Shown: positions 34,085 to 47,526, counted from the stretch's first letter. The stretch is DNA of 64,000 nt from Octopus bimaculoides (GCF_001194135.2 NC_068996.1:53353239-53417238), one strand, 5' to 3'. Notes: generated by a model from the sequence alone, not told the origin. Numbers and translations are program-made.

Positions 34085-36085
34085 AGGAGCTGCAATTACT
34101 GTGGTAGAGCAAATGTGGCATGAAAGTTCATCAAAGGAAATCGAAATGCAAAGAAAACACAAAGCATTTAACACTATCAGGGGGCTATATCTGGGAGTAT
34201 TAAAACTGTGAGTCAACCAGAGGAGAATCAGGGTCAGGAGGTAAACCACAGTTTCCAGGGTCTCTTTGCTCAACTTGCTCAAAGGTACAAGAAGAAAGGA
34301 TGAATCTCAAGGCCTTGAAGGCTTTGAGAAAAGCCACATCTGAATTTGCTGCTAACAACAGATCTGAGATAGGACCTGTTGGACAAGGACTTGAACATCA
34401 TTCTGGCCAACATTCTGAAGGGCGGTGCTATCAGGAAGATGAGAATCATGGTACAAGTGGTATACCAGGCATTCCAAGATACCATTGGCATGAAAGAAGG
34501 CAAAAACCAACAAACAGAACTGTCCCAGTAGGAGGCAGTGCAAGATGGCAGAACTGAGGAAAGAGCTAAGGCAGCTGAAGAAAAGGTGGAGAGATGCAAA
34601 TGATGAAAGAAAAGGGACTTTAAACCAGCTTAGCTTGGAGTTTCAAAGAAACCAGCTCCAGCTTTGCGGGGCAGAGTCTCTTCAGGAAAAATAAGAAAGA
34701 GAAAGAAGCAAATGAAGGCCTATTTTGACAACCTCTTTCAATTCACAGCTGATTGCCTTGGCAGGCCAGAAAACATGAGGTTAATAGGCAGTGAGCTGGC
34801 AGAATCGTTAGCATGCCGGGCGAAATGCTTAGCAGTATTTCGTCTGCCGTTAAGTTCTGAGTTCAAATTCCGCCGAGGTTGACTTTGCTTTTCATCCTTT
34901 CGGGGTCGATAAATTAAGTACCAGTTACACACTGGGTTGATATAATCGACTTAATCCTTTTGTCTGTTCTTGTTTGTCCCCTCTATGTTTAGCCCCTTGT
35001 GGGCAATAAAGAAATAAGAAAGCATGAGGTTAATATGCTCCAAGGAAGAGTTGGAAAGCAGAGTAGGAGCAACGCATAGTGACCCCAGATGAAATATTCT
35101 GTCAGGAGATTGTCCCTTTTTGTTGCCAATGCTCAAACTTCACATCCTTTCAACATGACAGACTTCACTATTCACAAAATGAGGGCTGTGGTGGAAAAAG
35201 CTTGTGCAAGTTCTGCTCCAGGGCCATTTGGCTCCACATACAGAATTTTACAAAAACTGCCCACTATTGTTAAGTAGTCTAGCAAGGTTGTTATGTTTCA
35301 TCTGAAAGAAGAAGAAACCCTAGCTCTGGATGCTCAGTGAGGGCTGTTTTGTTCCAGAAGATGAAAATTCAGCAGGATTTGACCAGTCTTGAGAGACCAC
35401 TCTTAGAAGGTGAGGGTAAAATCTTTTGGGCTATCATAGCCAAAAGGTTAACATCATATCTCTTGGTCAATGAGTGTCCAGAAAGGAGAGGTCCTAACCT
35501 GCTCTAGATGCTTTGAATATACATCAGCAATCAGCCACATCATTAAGAAGGCAAAGAGGAATAACCCACTCTTCATTGTAGGGTTGGGTTTTGCCAAAGC
35601 ATACCTAGACATGCATCACCAGCTTCTCCAAGTACCAACAGAAGTAGTCAAACTCATAAAGTCACACATGAATTTACTGAAGATGGGGTTCATCATTGGA
35701 AATTTCATCACTAAATGGCAGAGCTTGGAAAAGGGCACTATGGCAGAATGCACAATTTCCACAGTCCTATTTGTGGTAGCCATGAAACTACTACTAGGTG
35801 TGAGAGGGAAATAGTCAAGGGGTTCCAAAACTCACAAAAACACAGGGAATCCAGTTTGCGGGGCCTATGGACAACATGACAGTCATGACGCCATCTACCA
35901 AAAGAAGACAGTAGACACTGAACTCACTGGAAAAGATGATCACATGAAATTTAATCCACCAAAATCTTGGTGCCCGAGTATCCTCAAGGAAAGCTGATAA
36001 ATGCTGTCTTCAGCTCTCAGGGGCCAGAGGTTCCGACAGTCCAGGCAAAAATTCCAATGCCTTGGGAAAAATTATGATCTTACCT
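34085..36085 (+). mobile_element. Hero-like (R2 superfamily) non-LTR retrotransposon pseudogene, 3'-truncated, with an internal SINE
   Basis: N-terminal C..C...GMKVHQRKSKC finger; DKDLNIILANILKG; ARSSAPGP-like CASSAPGPFG; SEGCFVPEDE; EGKIFWAIIAKRLTSYL; SVQKG; KWQSLEKGTMAECTISTVLFVVAM; MDNMTV; MKFNPPKS; QCLGK.YD. These match recalled Hero RT motifs. Confidence 0.72.
34787..35022 (+). mobile_element. Full-length young SINE family B with 13-bp TSD (catgaggttaata)
   Basis: TSD at 34774-34786 and 35023-35035; tRNA-like head, conserved central domain cctttcggggtcgataaattaagtaccag, and A-rich tail. Confidence 0.9.
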
Positions 36086-36255
36086 ATAACCCTTTAGCAT
36101 TTAAACTGGCCATATCCAACCAAAATATTCTACCTGCCTTATGTTCACACTGGCCGGATCTGGCCTCTCATGCTTACCCTACAATATCATTCTAAAAATA
36201 AACAATCACATCCTCAAAATCTCAGATCTGTAACATAATTTATGATTAATTCAAC
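36084..36255 (+). mobile_element. Partial piggyBac-like MITE (TAA|CCCTTTAGCATT terminus); a minus-strand relative lies at about 54780-54968
   Basis: ataaccctttagcatttaaactggccatatcc...; the other copy ends aatgctaaaggtttaa. Confidence 0.5.
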
Positions 36256-36269
36256 TTTATTTCGAGTAA

Positions 36270-38830
36270 CATCTAGGAGGGAATACTTTGGTCTTCTGGT
36301 TAGAACTTTGAAAGATTTTGTATATGGGCTTGTATAGCATCATACCAAACAGACATATGTATTATTGTTGAATATCAGATGGAACATGCATCGTGATATT
36401 CTGAAAACAAGGAGCAACAGATGAGAGATTGAACATATGGTTCATTGAATCTTGGGAATTTTGAAGTGAGATAGGGATAATTGTTTGTCCAGGTAGCATC
36501 AATGTTCAGCTGATATAGAACCAATTCCTTCTTTGATCAGGGAATGAATTCTAAGAAGGATAAATGGCAAGTATTCCAGCTAGTTGCTGTTGTCATGAGC
36601 TCTGATGACAGACAACTGTTGTTGGTGGAATCAGTTAACCAAGTCATTAGCTGCAGAATGTTAAGCAGTTGTGTACATCAACTTATAATCAAGAAGTGTC
36701 AGTTCTGTAAGCAAGAATTCTTCAAACTGGCATTTTCTGTCTGTTTGTGAAGTAAGTGGTATACCAAAATGTGGAATCCAGTGTCAAACTAGCACTTTAG
36801 CAATGGTTTCCACCATGATATCTGACAGAAGGATGACTTCAGGCCTAAGAGAAAACTGGTCCATGCAGATCAGAAGGTGCATAAAGTTTTGAGAAGGTGG
36901 CAGGGGCCTTAAAATAGCAATATGTATATGCTGAAAGCATGCATCCAGTGTCTACAAAGTGCCCAGAAGTTATTTAACATAGTGATGACCTGGCAATGGA
37001 CACAATTCCTGGCCCATTCCCTGATGTTTTTGTTCATTACAGTCCACACAAAATGGGCCGATATCAACTTCAGGGTTGAGTGCAAAGAAAACCAAACATC
37101 TGTGTTTCTGTAATACATCGATGTCCCATTCATAGGGATGTTTGGTGGTGAGATGACATACCAACAATAACCTGAAGAAGGTAGAGAAAGAAGAAGGATT
37201 TCAAAGTTTAAGGAGCTCATCATCTTATTCTTGATCAGCAACCAACTCCTAGAGGTTGATGGAAGCAGGAGTTTGTAATGCATTTATGTGGATAAGGAAA
37301 AAATGCATCAGAAGCAGAATGGTCAATAGCCTTACTGTGACGAATATCTGTTGTAAAATGAGGTATGAAGTTGAGGCAATGAACTTCCCTAGGTGAGTGG
37401 CAGTTAGGCTTGGAATTCATAGTATATGTAAGGGGGTTCATGATCTGTGTAAACAGAGAAAACAAAACTTTCTTTGTGTGAGCCAGAAATGTTTAACACT
37501 GAAGTACACTGCAAGTTGTTCCCAGCCAAGAGTACTCTACTTTGTTTCAGCCAATGAAAGCGGCTTAGAAAAAAAGGCAGTTACCATGTACCATTATTGT
37601 ATTGCTGAGGAATGCCACTGACACCAGCATCGGATGCATCAACTAACAAAGTAATGCATCAGGATTGGGATTAACCAACATAACAATGTTGACTAAAGAC
37701 CTTGAGTTTAAGAAAGACAGCAAACTCTGTATAATGGAGAATAATGGACTGGTTCTTGCATGTACAATTGGCTGGGATTTCTGTGAGGAGTTGAAGCTGT
37801 TCTGTATTATGGGAAATAAATTGATGATAGTTTCCCAGCTTGACCAATTTCTGTCTATTTCCTCAGTGATGTAGGAAGAGGATAATCTAAGGAAGATTTG
37901 ACTTTGTCAATACAATGTCCCAGGAAATCTAAAGAAGAAACCCTCCAAAAGGGCACTTACTGTAGTTCATAATGACACCATGTTGAAGAAGATGATCAGA
38001 AAGTACTTTGTTTGCACTGGCAGTGAGCAGATTATTGCTATGATGAAGGGTAGTCTGTGAACTACTTTATCAATGAAATGCTGTTGGTAAAGCATTGCAT
38101 GAACCAAAAATCATCCTGTGGAATTCAGAAAAACCAAAAGCTGTTGTGATGGCCATTTTAGGAATATTGTCTCAGCAATATTTGATTATAAGCATAGACA
38201 AGATTGATTTTTGAAGGCATTTTAGTGCCATGCAGCATGGAAGAAAAAAAAGACTCCTGTATATGAGGTATTTGTCAGTTCTTATATGTGCATCGAGAAT
38301 CTAATAGTCACCATAAGACCACCAGTTACTTGTAGATTTTTGTGGGGTATCATATGAAGAGGAGAGGACCAATTGCTGCTAGGGGGACAAATTATGCCCA
38401 GTTCTGCTTGGGAATCTTAGCATGATCAAGAGCAAGTCACCAGGGAGGAGAAACCACTGGAGGTCTTTCAGTAATCATGTGGTCAGTTATTGCGATTCAC
38501 TGAAAAGTTTTTGAAAACAGGGTAAGAGATGTTAAGGTGTTTGCACCAAATAGCATCATACCTTCTTGAAGAAGAAGGGTCCAAGAAGACAGGACTGAAA
38601 AGAACCCTTGTGCTAACACCTTGAACATATAGTCAGCATTGAAATCAACTAATCTGTAGTGTTTAACATAACTACAAGGGTAAAATGATACAAAAAATCA
38701 GCTCCAAGAATCAGTCAGCAATGAAATACTTTGTTACCTTTGCCCCGGTATCCACAAGAAAATGAGAATCTGTTGATTGGCCATTAACATTGAAGAGTTT
38801 AGGAGGAGCCAGGTGCAGTCATCATTTATT
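36270..38830 (-). mobile_element. Ty3/Gypsy LTR-retrotransposon pol pseudogene (PR-RT-RH-IN); no LTRs found
   Basis: Protease FLVDTGA (about 38750); RT AITTAFG..EF.RM.FG..NA (about 38100); RNase H LVDASDAG..QQ, AETK.S, VKHF, TDHEPL (about 37400-37620); integrase FVWTVMNKNIREWARNCVHCQ, HIHIAILRPLPPS, ETIAK..WIPHFGIP..TDR..QF, TTA.HSAAN. Domain order is Gypsy. Confidence 0.88.
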
Positions 38831-39949
38831 TCTATCCTTGCCATTCCTAGATAAGATAAAATTAAAATTGAATTTATAAAAATTTTCTAGACAGTGTAGT
38901 CTTTAATAATTGCTTTCTTTTAATGAAAGTTCATGCAATTAATTAATAAGCAGCTTCCTTTATTGTCTGTGTGTTTGTGTGTATGTATATATAAAATATG
39001 ACTTTCTTTCTGTTGGTGTGTGTGTGTAGTATTATTTTTTTATTTTAATTTTTCCCATAAAGAACAAAGAGAATACATCTCTAGAATTTGTATGTCAGTA
39101 GCTAATATCAAATATCAGTTGAAATTTACAAAAATCTTGCCTATTTTTATAATTCTACTTACTCATCAATTTTGCAGTCTATACATCACTGAAGCTGCAG
39201 AAAAGGCCACTAGGTAACTGTGGATAAAGAGGCACTGGGAAGAAAGTTGGGATTTGGTCAATCCCAGCTGGGTCAACACTGCTGATGCATCCTTGAGGTG
39301 GATCCTAAAACTAAAACTCTCTACTAATCACTTTTTATCTAAAGACCTCAACTTGATTTTTGACACTTCAGCATTTTCTTTCGTAGTCAAATGCACCGTT
39401 AATTACAGGCATAAGTGGAAATTTATAATCACAGATGCTGCGGGTTTCAAAGTATCTGTAAATCATCTTTTTCACTGATAAAGTGTGTCTATTTATTTTT
39501 GTCCTACAAAGAGGAAGCAGCTTATAGTCTCATCATCATATAACATCCATGGCTGGCTTGGACGGTTTCTCATGATCTGAAGTGACCAAGAACTGCATCA
39601 AGTTCCAACAAAAATATACTCTAAGATTGACTGGTTCTAGTTATTTGCATACAGGTATATTCTCCAGGAGTGTCTATAGAATTCCATTAGGCAAACAAAA
39701 CAATGCCTACTCAAAAAATGAGTTGACATTAAGATGGCAATTACCAATCAAAATCAGATAATCTCTTTGATTTGTTTTGCAGGAAGAATCTTCTTGTGCG
39801 ACCCAGTTCTGTTTATATATCTAGTCTGAATGTATAGATAGGAGTGTGTATATTAACTTTTGTTTCAGTCATTAGATTGCTGCCATACTTACACACATAC
39901 ACACATACACATGCACATATATGTATACATACATGTACACACATACACA

Positions 39950-39990
<41 letters not shown>

Positions 39991-40406
39991 ATTTTATATT
40001 CAGGTAGACACCTTGTAGTTTGCTATTTAAAGCCCATCCACAGTATTTGGCTACCTGGTGTCAACAACAGTATGGAGGTATATGCCACTGGATTTACTTC
40101 AGGAATTCCTTTGTATCCATAGAGTTTACAAAATATATGAGACAAAGCAAATGGAATTCATGAGAATCTTTATTATTAACTACTCCTGTTTTGACCCATC
40201 GTATACTGGTGCCTCCCAAGTAAGATGCTATACAAACAGTTGTTGTGCATCGAAGGCACAGATGTGTCTCATGAGGTAGAATGTAGAATTCATCTCATAT
40301 AAGCAATAAGGTGACATATAACAAATCAAAAAGTTAAAATATAATAAATAAATGAATTAAATTATATTGTTGTATACTGATAATGAAATTTTGTTAAGTA
40401 AAACCG

Positions 40407-40580
40407 TAAAACAACCGTACATCAGAATACAACAAAAATAATCAGACATTCAAATTGACCTAAGCTGACCTTTACATTTTCAACAAATCATTTGTTTTGT
40501 GGAAATGTGAAAAAAGGTCAGTTTAGGTAAATTTGAATGTCTGACTGTTTTTGTTGTATTCTGATGTACAGTTTGTTTTA
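40407..40580. mobile_element. Palindromic MITE-like element (about 67-bp imperfect arms)
   Basis: Arms at 40407-40473 and 40513-40580 with about 6 differences; TA at both ends. Confidence 0.6.
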
Positions 40581-41077
40581 TGAGTCATTATCAGTTTACA
40601 CTATATCATTTGATTCGCTGTAAGCCACCTTATTGGAATTCTACATTGTAATCCAGTTCCTCATGTAGACATGGAGATTAAAGAACAAAGTACCTTTTGA
40701 TAAGTCACCTGAGGAAACACATCCGCATCTACAATGCACCACAACTGTTTGTGCAGTATGTCACCTGTGATGCATCAGTGTATGATAAATCACAACAATA
40801 GTAGTGAATAACAAAGAATCTCGTGAATTCCATTTCCTTTTACATATCTATCTATCTCTCTCTCTTTATCTATCTATCTATATATATATATATATATATA
40901 TATCATCATCATTTAAGGTCTTTTGTCCATGCTGGCATGGGTTGGACGGTTTGACAAAGGCTGGCAAGTTGAGGGGCTGCACTAGACACCAGCCTGATTT
41001 GGCATAGTTTTCTGCAGCTGGATGCCATTCCTAACGCCGAGAGTGTAACGAGTATCTCTTTTTAATGTACCACTGCA

Positions 41078-41460
41078 GTACTCCATCGGTTACAACGATG
41101 AGTGTTCCAGTTGATCCAATCAACGGAACAGCCTGCTTGTGAAATTAACGTGCAAGTGGCTGAGCACTCCACAGACACGTGTACCCTTAACGTAGTTCTC
41201 GGGGAGATTCAGCATGACAGAGAGTGTGACAAGGCTGACCTTTTGAAATACAGGTACAACAGAAACAGGAAGTAAGAATGAGAGAAAGTTGTGGTGGAAG
41301 AGTACAGCAGGGTTCGCCACCATCCCCTGCCGGAGCCTCGTGGAGCTTTTAGGTGTTTTCGCTCAATAAACACTCACAACGCCCCCCAGTCTGGAAACCG
41401 AAACCGTGATCCTACGACTGCGAGTCTGCTGCCCTAACCACTGGGCCATTGTGCCTCCAC
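41078..41460 (-). mobile_element. Young tRNA-derived SINE of a third family
   Basis: Minus-strand head gtggaggcacaaTGGCCCAGTGGttagggcagcagactcgcagtcgtaggatcacGGTTTCGGTTTCC; CpG-rich body. Confidence 0.75.
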
Positions 41461-41844
41461 TTAAATACACACATGTAGTATATACATATCCATATTTATT
41501 CTCTATTTGTATACACTCTATTAACTGGTATTTACAGGAGAGCTGGCCAAAGATCAAGCTCAGTTTATTAGTCCCTTCTTATCTTGTGTGTGTGTATGTT
41601 TCATTTTGTGATATTCTATAGAAACTAAACTTCTTAAAATATATTCTTGGTTCTTAAAAGATCCTTTTTCTCTTTAAATATAAATATTTATTGATAGATA
41701 GCTAACATGCTCCCTGTTCTTTGTATCCTGTTTCAAGCAAACATCTTTTGAACCTTCTAGTGTCAGCAGTGACAGGAACAGAGTACTGTTATGGTTTCAC
41801 CAATTCAGAGAAAAATGGAGCTAAGCAAATCAGTATTATTATTA

Positions 41845-41886
<42 letters not shown>

Positions 41887-42773
41887 TATTTATTTATTAT
41901 TATTATTTATTGTTGTTGTTGTTGTTGTTGTGAGTGCATCAGACAGAATGCTAAGTGGCATTTCTTCTTGTTCTTTATGTTCTGAGTTCAAATGCTGTTG
42001 AGGTTGGCTTTGCTTTTCAACCTTTTAAAGCTGATAAAATTAGTACCAGTTCAGCACTAGGAAGTAATGAGCTTCCCCCTCCCCTTAAAATTACTGGCCT
42101 TGTACTAAAATCAGAAAAAAATCATTGTTATTATTATTTTTGTTCATTATTATGGTTATTATTTTTGATTGTATTAATATGTACTTAAGTGCTCTACTCA
42201 AGTATCTTTGTTTATTCATATATCTAGATAAGTTTTCATTGTTGATATGTTATTTATCTTTTAATCTAACCAAGATTCCAGTGGGCTGGTTAGCTCTTTT
42301 GTTCCTGTGGGGTAGAACATTTAAACTTTTTTCCCCCCCTTTTTTTAACAAAAATTTCAAAAATTTAAAAGATGGTTATGTGCTTAATAACTTCTCCCTC
42401 AGCTAGAGGGAGAAGTAGATAATTCAAAAAGAGGCGAAAACCTACCTCGGAGTCTCTTCCTTTTCATTGATTAAATGAACAAATATGTTTCTCCTCCTCC
42501 TCTTCCTTCATGTATAATGTAAAATGTCTAAAAAGCAATACCACCTTTACTGACTGCAAAAAAACACTGACGATGGCAGTGGCAATAGCAAAAAAAGAAG
42601 AAAAAAAAGATCAAAAACACTACTATCACCAGTGCTACCATCATTGCCACTGCTGTGTTAGCAGTGACAGCAGCAGCAACAACAAGAACAAAAATAACAA
42701 AGTATGTGATAACAAGCGAAGCACCCTTTTCACTATCAGCACCATTATGACTGCTGCTGACTCTTACATTGAA

Positions 42774-42808
<35 letters not shown>

Positions 42809-44284
42809 TTACTACTGTAACTGCACAAAGTAGTAGTGGTATTGTACCACAAAAGTGGCAACAAATATCCTCCAGGTTTTTATTGCAGGCAAACCAATTT
42901 AAAAATTGCTGAACAACTAGTAAAAAAATCTGTTAAGAGGAATGTTACAGGTAACCCCAACAGCTAATGGAGAAAATTGCAAGATGAACAATAGTTTACA
43001 AATGTGTGTTGCTCAGAAACCGATGTGTGAAATGGCCACTTGTACCCTAGTTGAATGGTGCTTGTGAGAAATATGGGTGGATATAGACTTGTGAAAGTGC
43101 AGTTCTTCAATGAAGTAAAGCATTTTGTTGCCCCCAGTGGAAAACAAGAATTTGTCCTCTTTTCTACTTATGTTGGAAGATGGATAATAAAGACAAAGAT
43201 ATCCAATATACTATCAGAGCTGAGTGTAGGTGAGCTGTAATGTGTGTGTATGATCCCAGGGTTAGTGGTTCTCTTACAGGTGAAACTAGAACATCTGTAA
43301 AAGATCTTGGATCTAATTTAACTGCTGGTGGGCAGATCTCACTGATACGGTGGAGGGCAGAAGAACCAAGTGTCATACATATGTGGTGATGACAACAACC
43401 ACTTGAAACCCATCTGCTCTCAGTGAAAAATGAAACATGGAGTCAACCAACATCGCTTCTGACACCATAAATACAACAACAACAGCGAGCAGTCATGCCA
43501 GCAGGAACAGCAACAACAGTAATAGCTATAACAATAAAATCAGCTTCAGATACAAAAATAGCAGTAACAGAAGATCAGGCAGACAGATACAACTGTTTGG
43601 TCACTGCATGCACTATTTCGAAAGTATCCAAATTTGTCTTGTGGAAACCACTTCATGGTGATGTAAGAAGAGGGAAACATCAGATATCAACAAATTGATT
43701 GCAGGCACTGACCTGGAATGTATCTAAGACCTGCAGGCAGTGATCTTGGACCAAAGAGTGTGGTGGTCGGTGGACTTTGTTGCTGTGGCCTGGGTTGGAA
43801 CCTGGCCATAGATAGATAGAGGGAAACAACAGCAGAAATCCTCCTCCCTTGTCACTGACAACAATAACGACAACAAACCACGTTGCTTACATAAACAACA
43901 CAACAGCTCAAGACATACCTATCCCTCCTTCAGATCACTACATGTCATGCAACGATGGGAACAGAGATGAAAAATGCAGAAATAAATCTGCCTTCATGAA
44001 AAGAGATGAGATTTCAAAAAAGGGGAATATGACATCATCACAAACGTGAACACTAAACACTACAACAAACATAAACTATACCCAAACCAACATCAAAAGC
44101 AACACCCATAAAGAAACATCTTAAACCACATAGTGTTAGACACAAACAACAAAGTAATAATGTACCATATGCATCGATGCATAAATTTAGCAATTGATTT
44201 GCCAACATGCATACAAATCCTAAAAACAGTTGAAGAAACATACAACAAACTAAAAACAAAATCTGATGGAATGAGAGATTTCTA

Positions 44285-45390
44285 AGGGACTGTAAACAAA
44301 ATGATTTACAAAAATTTACTCAGAATAGTCAGTGTGAATGCATGTGGTTTAGGGTTGTCTTGGAAGCAGAGGCTCAAAAACCTCAAATCACTAGGGTGGC
44401 TATCAGCAAAACCAAAATTTCTGAGGTACATGCCTTCTTGCTCATTTTCAATATCTATGAAATATACAGGTCTCTAAGTTGAGCAGGATTGGAATGTAGA
44501 TTTTACTGTGTTGCTTCAGAAAGTATGGATCCCACAATATGGACTTTTCCTAAACCCAGAGATTAAGGTGGTACTGGACATGATAGTAGTGCTGGCCATA
44601 CCTTCCAGCCATCTTTTGATGACTAGTCTTTCCTGAAATGTCCTGCTTTATAGTGCTAGTTAGAAGTTGAAATGACATCATGGTTGCATGATGTGACTAG
44701 GTGGGACTTGCTGATTGGAGAATGGGGAGAAAAGACTCACAAACCTGTTCAGATATTTCCAGTGGGTATTGATTAGAATTGTCAAATGGACAAACTACAT
44801 TGTTTGCTACAGATAATATCTAGATAATGTGTAGGTATTGATGAAACTTTTAACTGGGGGTCCATAGTTAATTTCCAGAAATCCCTGGCCTGGCAGTACT
44901 ATGGGAGAGCATTTCCAATTTAAGATAAATTCTACAGAAGTGCTGTTAACTGGGCCTGTTTAAGATGTGTGTAGGTCAACAAAACTATTCTACATGTTCT
45001 CGTCCATTGCCCTAGCATTGCTGGATTGTAGAATTATGTCAAATATCTACTGTTGCATGTAGGATGAATTCAGCTTTCAGTCAAGTCTATTCTGGAAATT
45101 GTTTCACTGTCTTTTTTTTTTTTAATCAGGAAGAGCAAGCATCTCTGTGGCGGTTTTGGCTAAAGAGTTTTGTGTTGTGGAGATCGAAATGGCTAAGGTC
45201 CTCATCAACTTTTTCAAGCTTCATTTGAAAAAGGAAGGTAACAGTTGAGAGGGAGACACTGCCTCCCCCAAAATTTGTTGAAAGGTTGATGAGAGTTTCA
45301 AGCATTGTCTCAATGAATGACCCACCTCTGATCATGTGCATGATCAGAGACAACTGGAACTGGGTTCTTGCCTTAGTGATCTCGGTGACT
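44285..45390 (+). mobile_element. Decayed L1/Tx1-like ORF2 endonuclease region
   Basis: LRIVSVNACGLG (LxIxSxNxRGL start), LLMTS...(GDWN-like), WTN....R.YLDNV. Heavily interrupted. Confidence 0.45.
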
Positions 45391-45577
45391 GTACTTTCCT
45401 TTTTTTTGAAGAAGTTTCTGTTTGAATTTTTGGTTATTATTGTGTTTTTGTTATTTCACTTGTTTAACTCTTTTTTTTTCCTATGTGATTCCATACAGTG
45501 TCATCCTCTACAGTCATTATTTTTTTTTCAATCACTATGCTTAAAAAAAAAAGGAAGCGTTATTATTAGTTATATTA

Positions 45578-45995
45578 AGGCAGCAAGTTGGTGGAATCGT
45601 TAGCATGTTGGAGAAAATACTTGGCAGCATTTCTTGTGGCTCTTTATGTTCTGAGTTCAAATTCACCTACCATCCTTTCAGAGTCAAGTGAAATAAGTAC
45701 CAGTTCCACACTAGGATTGATATAATCAACTTACCCCCTCATCTAAAATTGCTGGCCTTGTGCCAAAATTAGAATTATTGTTGTTACTGTTATTGCTATG
45801 GGTTGGCAGAAATGTTAGAGCATCAGAAAGGAATCCTTTGCAGTATTTGTTCCAGCTTTTTCTGTGTTCAAATCACACCAAGGTTGAGATTGTCTTTCAT
45901 TCCTTCAAAGTCAATCAAATGAAATACTAGTCAAGCACTGGGGGTTGATAGTATTGGCTAAGCCCTGTCTCCTCAGAATTGCTCAGTTTGTGCCT
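45578..45995 (+). mobile_element. Two tandem family-B SINEs
   Basis: Heads at about 45578 and 45800; each ends ...gccttgtgccaaaattagaa or an equivalent. Confidence 0.7.
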
Positions 45996-47345
45996 AAATT
46001 AAAAGCCCCCCCCCTTTTTTTTCCTTATTTGATCACTAAAATTATGCACTTCTCTAAGTGGCAGAAGTTTTGATACACTTAAACGTTTTAAGGCATTCTT
46101 CTAAATTTCTAGAATATTCTTCTTTATAAATAAATAGTCATTGACAGAATTTTTGTCCTTCCACTTTCATACTCTTATCTCGACTGATGAAGCATTATAT
46201 ACATTTATTATTGATCCCTGCTTTGGTAAACATGATTGGTCAATTAAATCAGACTCCTGCTTTCTTTTACCAAAAACAAATACAACCAGTTACCATTATT
46301 CCAGTTACACTAATTCACCAGTCTCTCTCTCTCTCTCTCTCCTCCACTCCAAACCAACCAACCAGCCTACTGTTGGCTCTGCTCCTTTTCTTATCATCTT
46401 ACTATGAGTCCTTAAAGGCATTATGAGGGGTTGCTCCTTGGTCAAACAAATTCACCATTTTACTGTAAACCTTTCTTTCAACCACTTCTAACAAAGTGTA
46501 CACTCCAAACAAAACCAATCTACAATAAGTTCCTTTCCTCTTCTTACTTGGAATTTGTGAGCCCTGTTAGTATTTGTTGATGAGACATGAGCCATAGTGA
46601 GAGTGATCCAATTAGAAGAGCAGAAACCCTGCAGGAGGAAGATGATTATAACTACAAGATCAGTAACTCAATGAATACCTGCATGAAGGAACTATGGAAC
46701 CCACAAGCAAACTGCAGTATAGGTGACCCATCCAGGAGACTAGTAATTCTGGAAACTGGCATAGTGTAGTGGGAATCTTTCTAGTGCTAGTGATATGATA
46801 AAATGCATGTAGTCCATGCTGCACCCTGGGTGGTGATAGGAAGGGCAATCAACCAATAAAATCATGCCAAAATAAAACGATCAGAACTGGACTAAGACTT
46901 ACCATATTAGTATAGTTCGTGGTAGTGGATTGATCTGTTTGGAACATGTAAATGTGAATGACAAATCCTCAATGATAATGAAATGATTAAACCAACTCTC
47001 TTTCAGATATAGATAATACATATTAATTCATTCAACACTAAAAAACTCCCATATTTCTGTGAGTTACTAAAATTCAGATCAACCATGATGAATGGATGAT
47101 GGAAGATAGGTCTAGAGAGACTTTAGAGATGTAGGAACTGAGTCAAGTAAGTATGCATTGAGGACAAGAGGTGAGGTAGAAAGGAGCCTTTGTTAGGTGT
47201 TTTATGGATGAGGAAAACCTGCAAATTTTTGTGGGTGAGCAACATCACTGGGGTGGGTAGTCTTGGCAATTATTTTGTAGTTATTATTGAGTTGCAAGAA
47301 AACTCTTTCATGTAAGGTAATCTTGTTTTCTTTGTTTTGCTTCAG

Positions 47346-47463
47346 TTTATATTCAAAAATTTAACTTTTTGTGGGGCACAGGGACTGTCTGTTTTGTATT
47401 TTCATGCTGTTAAATTGTCAAAATTAATAATTATCTGAATTTTATTTTCCTTCCTACATTTTG
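47346..47463 (+). other. Candidate non-coding 5'UTR exon of Rab9, followed by a 63-nt intron
   Basis: Strong acceptor tcttgttttctttgttttgcttcag ends at 47345, and donor tg|GTGAGT starts at 47464. No transcript evidence. Confidence 0.3.
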
Positions 47464-47499
47464 GTGAGTGAATCAAGTTGCTCTCTTTCACTAGGTTAA

Positions 47500-47526
47500 T
47501 GCATTATTTTTGTTTTACATTTTCAG
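47500..47526 (+). promoter_or_regulatory. 3' splice acceptor immediately upstream of the Rab9 ATG, implying 5'UTR exon(s) upstream
   Basis: Pyrimidine tract ttatttttgttttacattttCAG abuts the ATG at 47527. Confidence 0.7.

Noticed and set aside
41390-41460. tRNA-like sequences with A/B boxes (also the heads of families A and B)
   Set aside because: They continue into shared SINE bodies and lack a proper cloverleaf, so they are SINE heads and not tRNA genes.
42500-44280. Low-complexity Thr/Asn/Ser-rich ORFs, possibly L1 ORF1 or a mucin-like exon
   Set aside because: There are no splice-consistent frames or recognisable domains; the region is dominated by degenerate (ACT)/(CAA) repeats.
46183-46200. 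Other CTGATGA occurrences (6018, 36602, 46183, 51423, 60463, 62835)
   Set aside because: None has a stem II-GAAA-stem I arrangement nearby, so they are not hammerheads.
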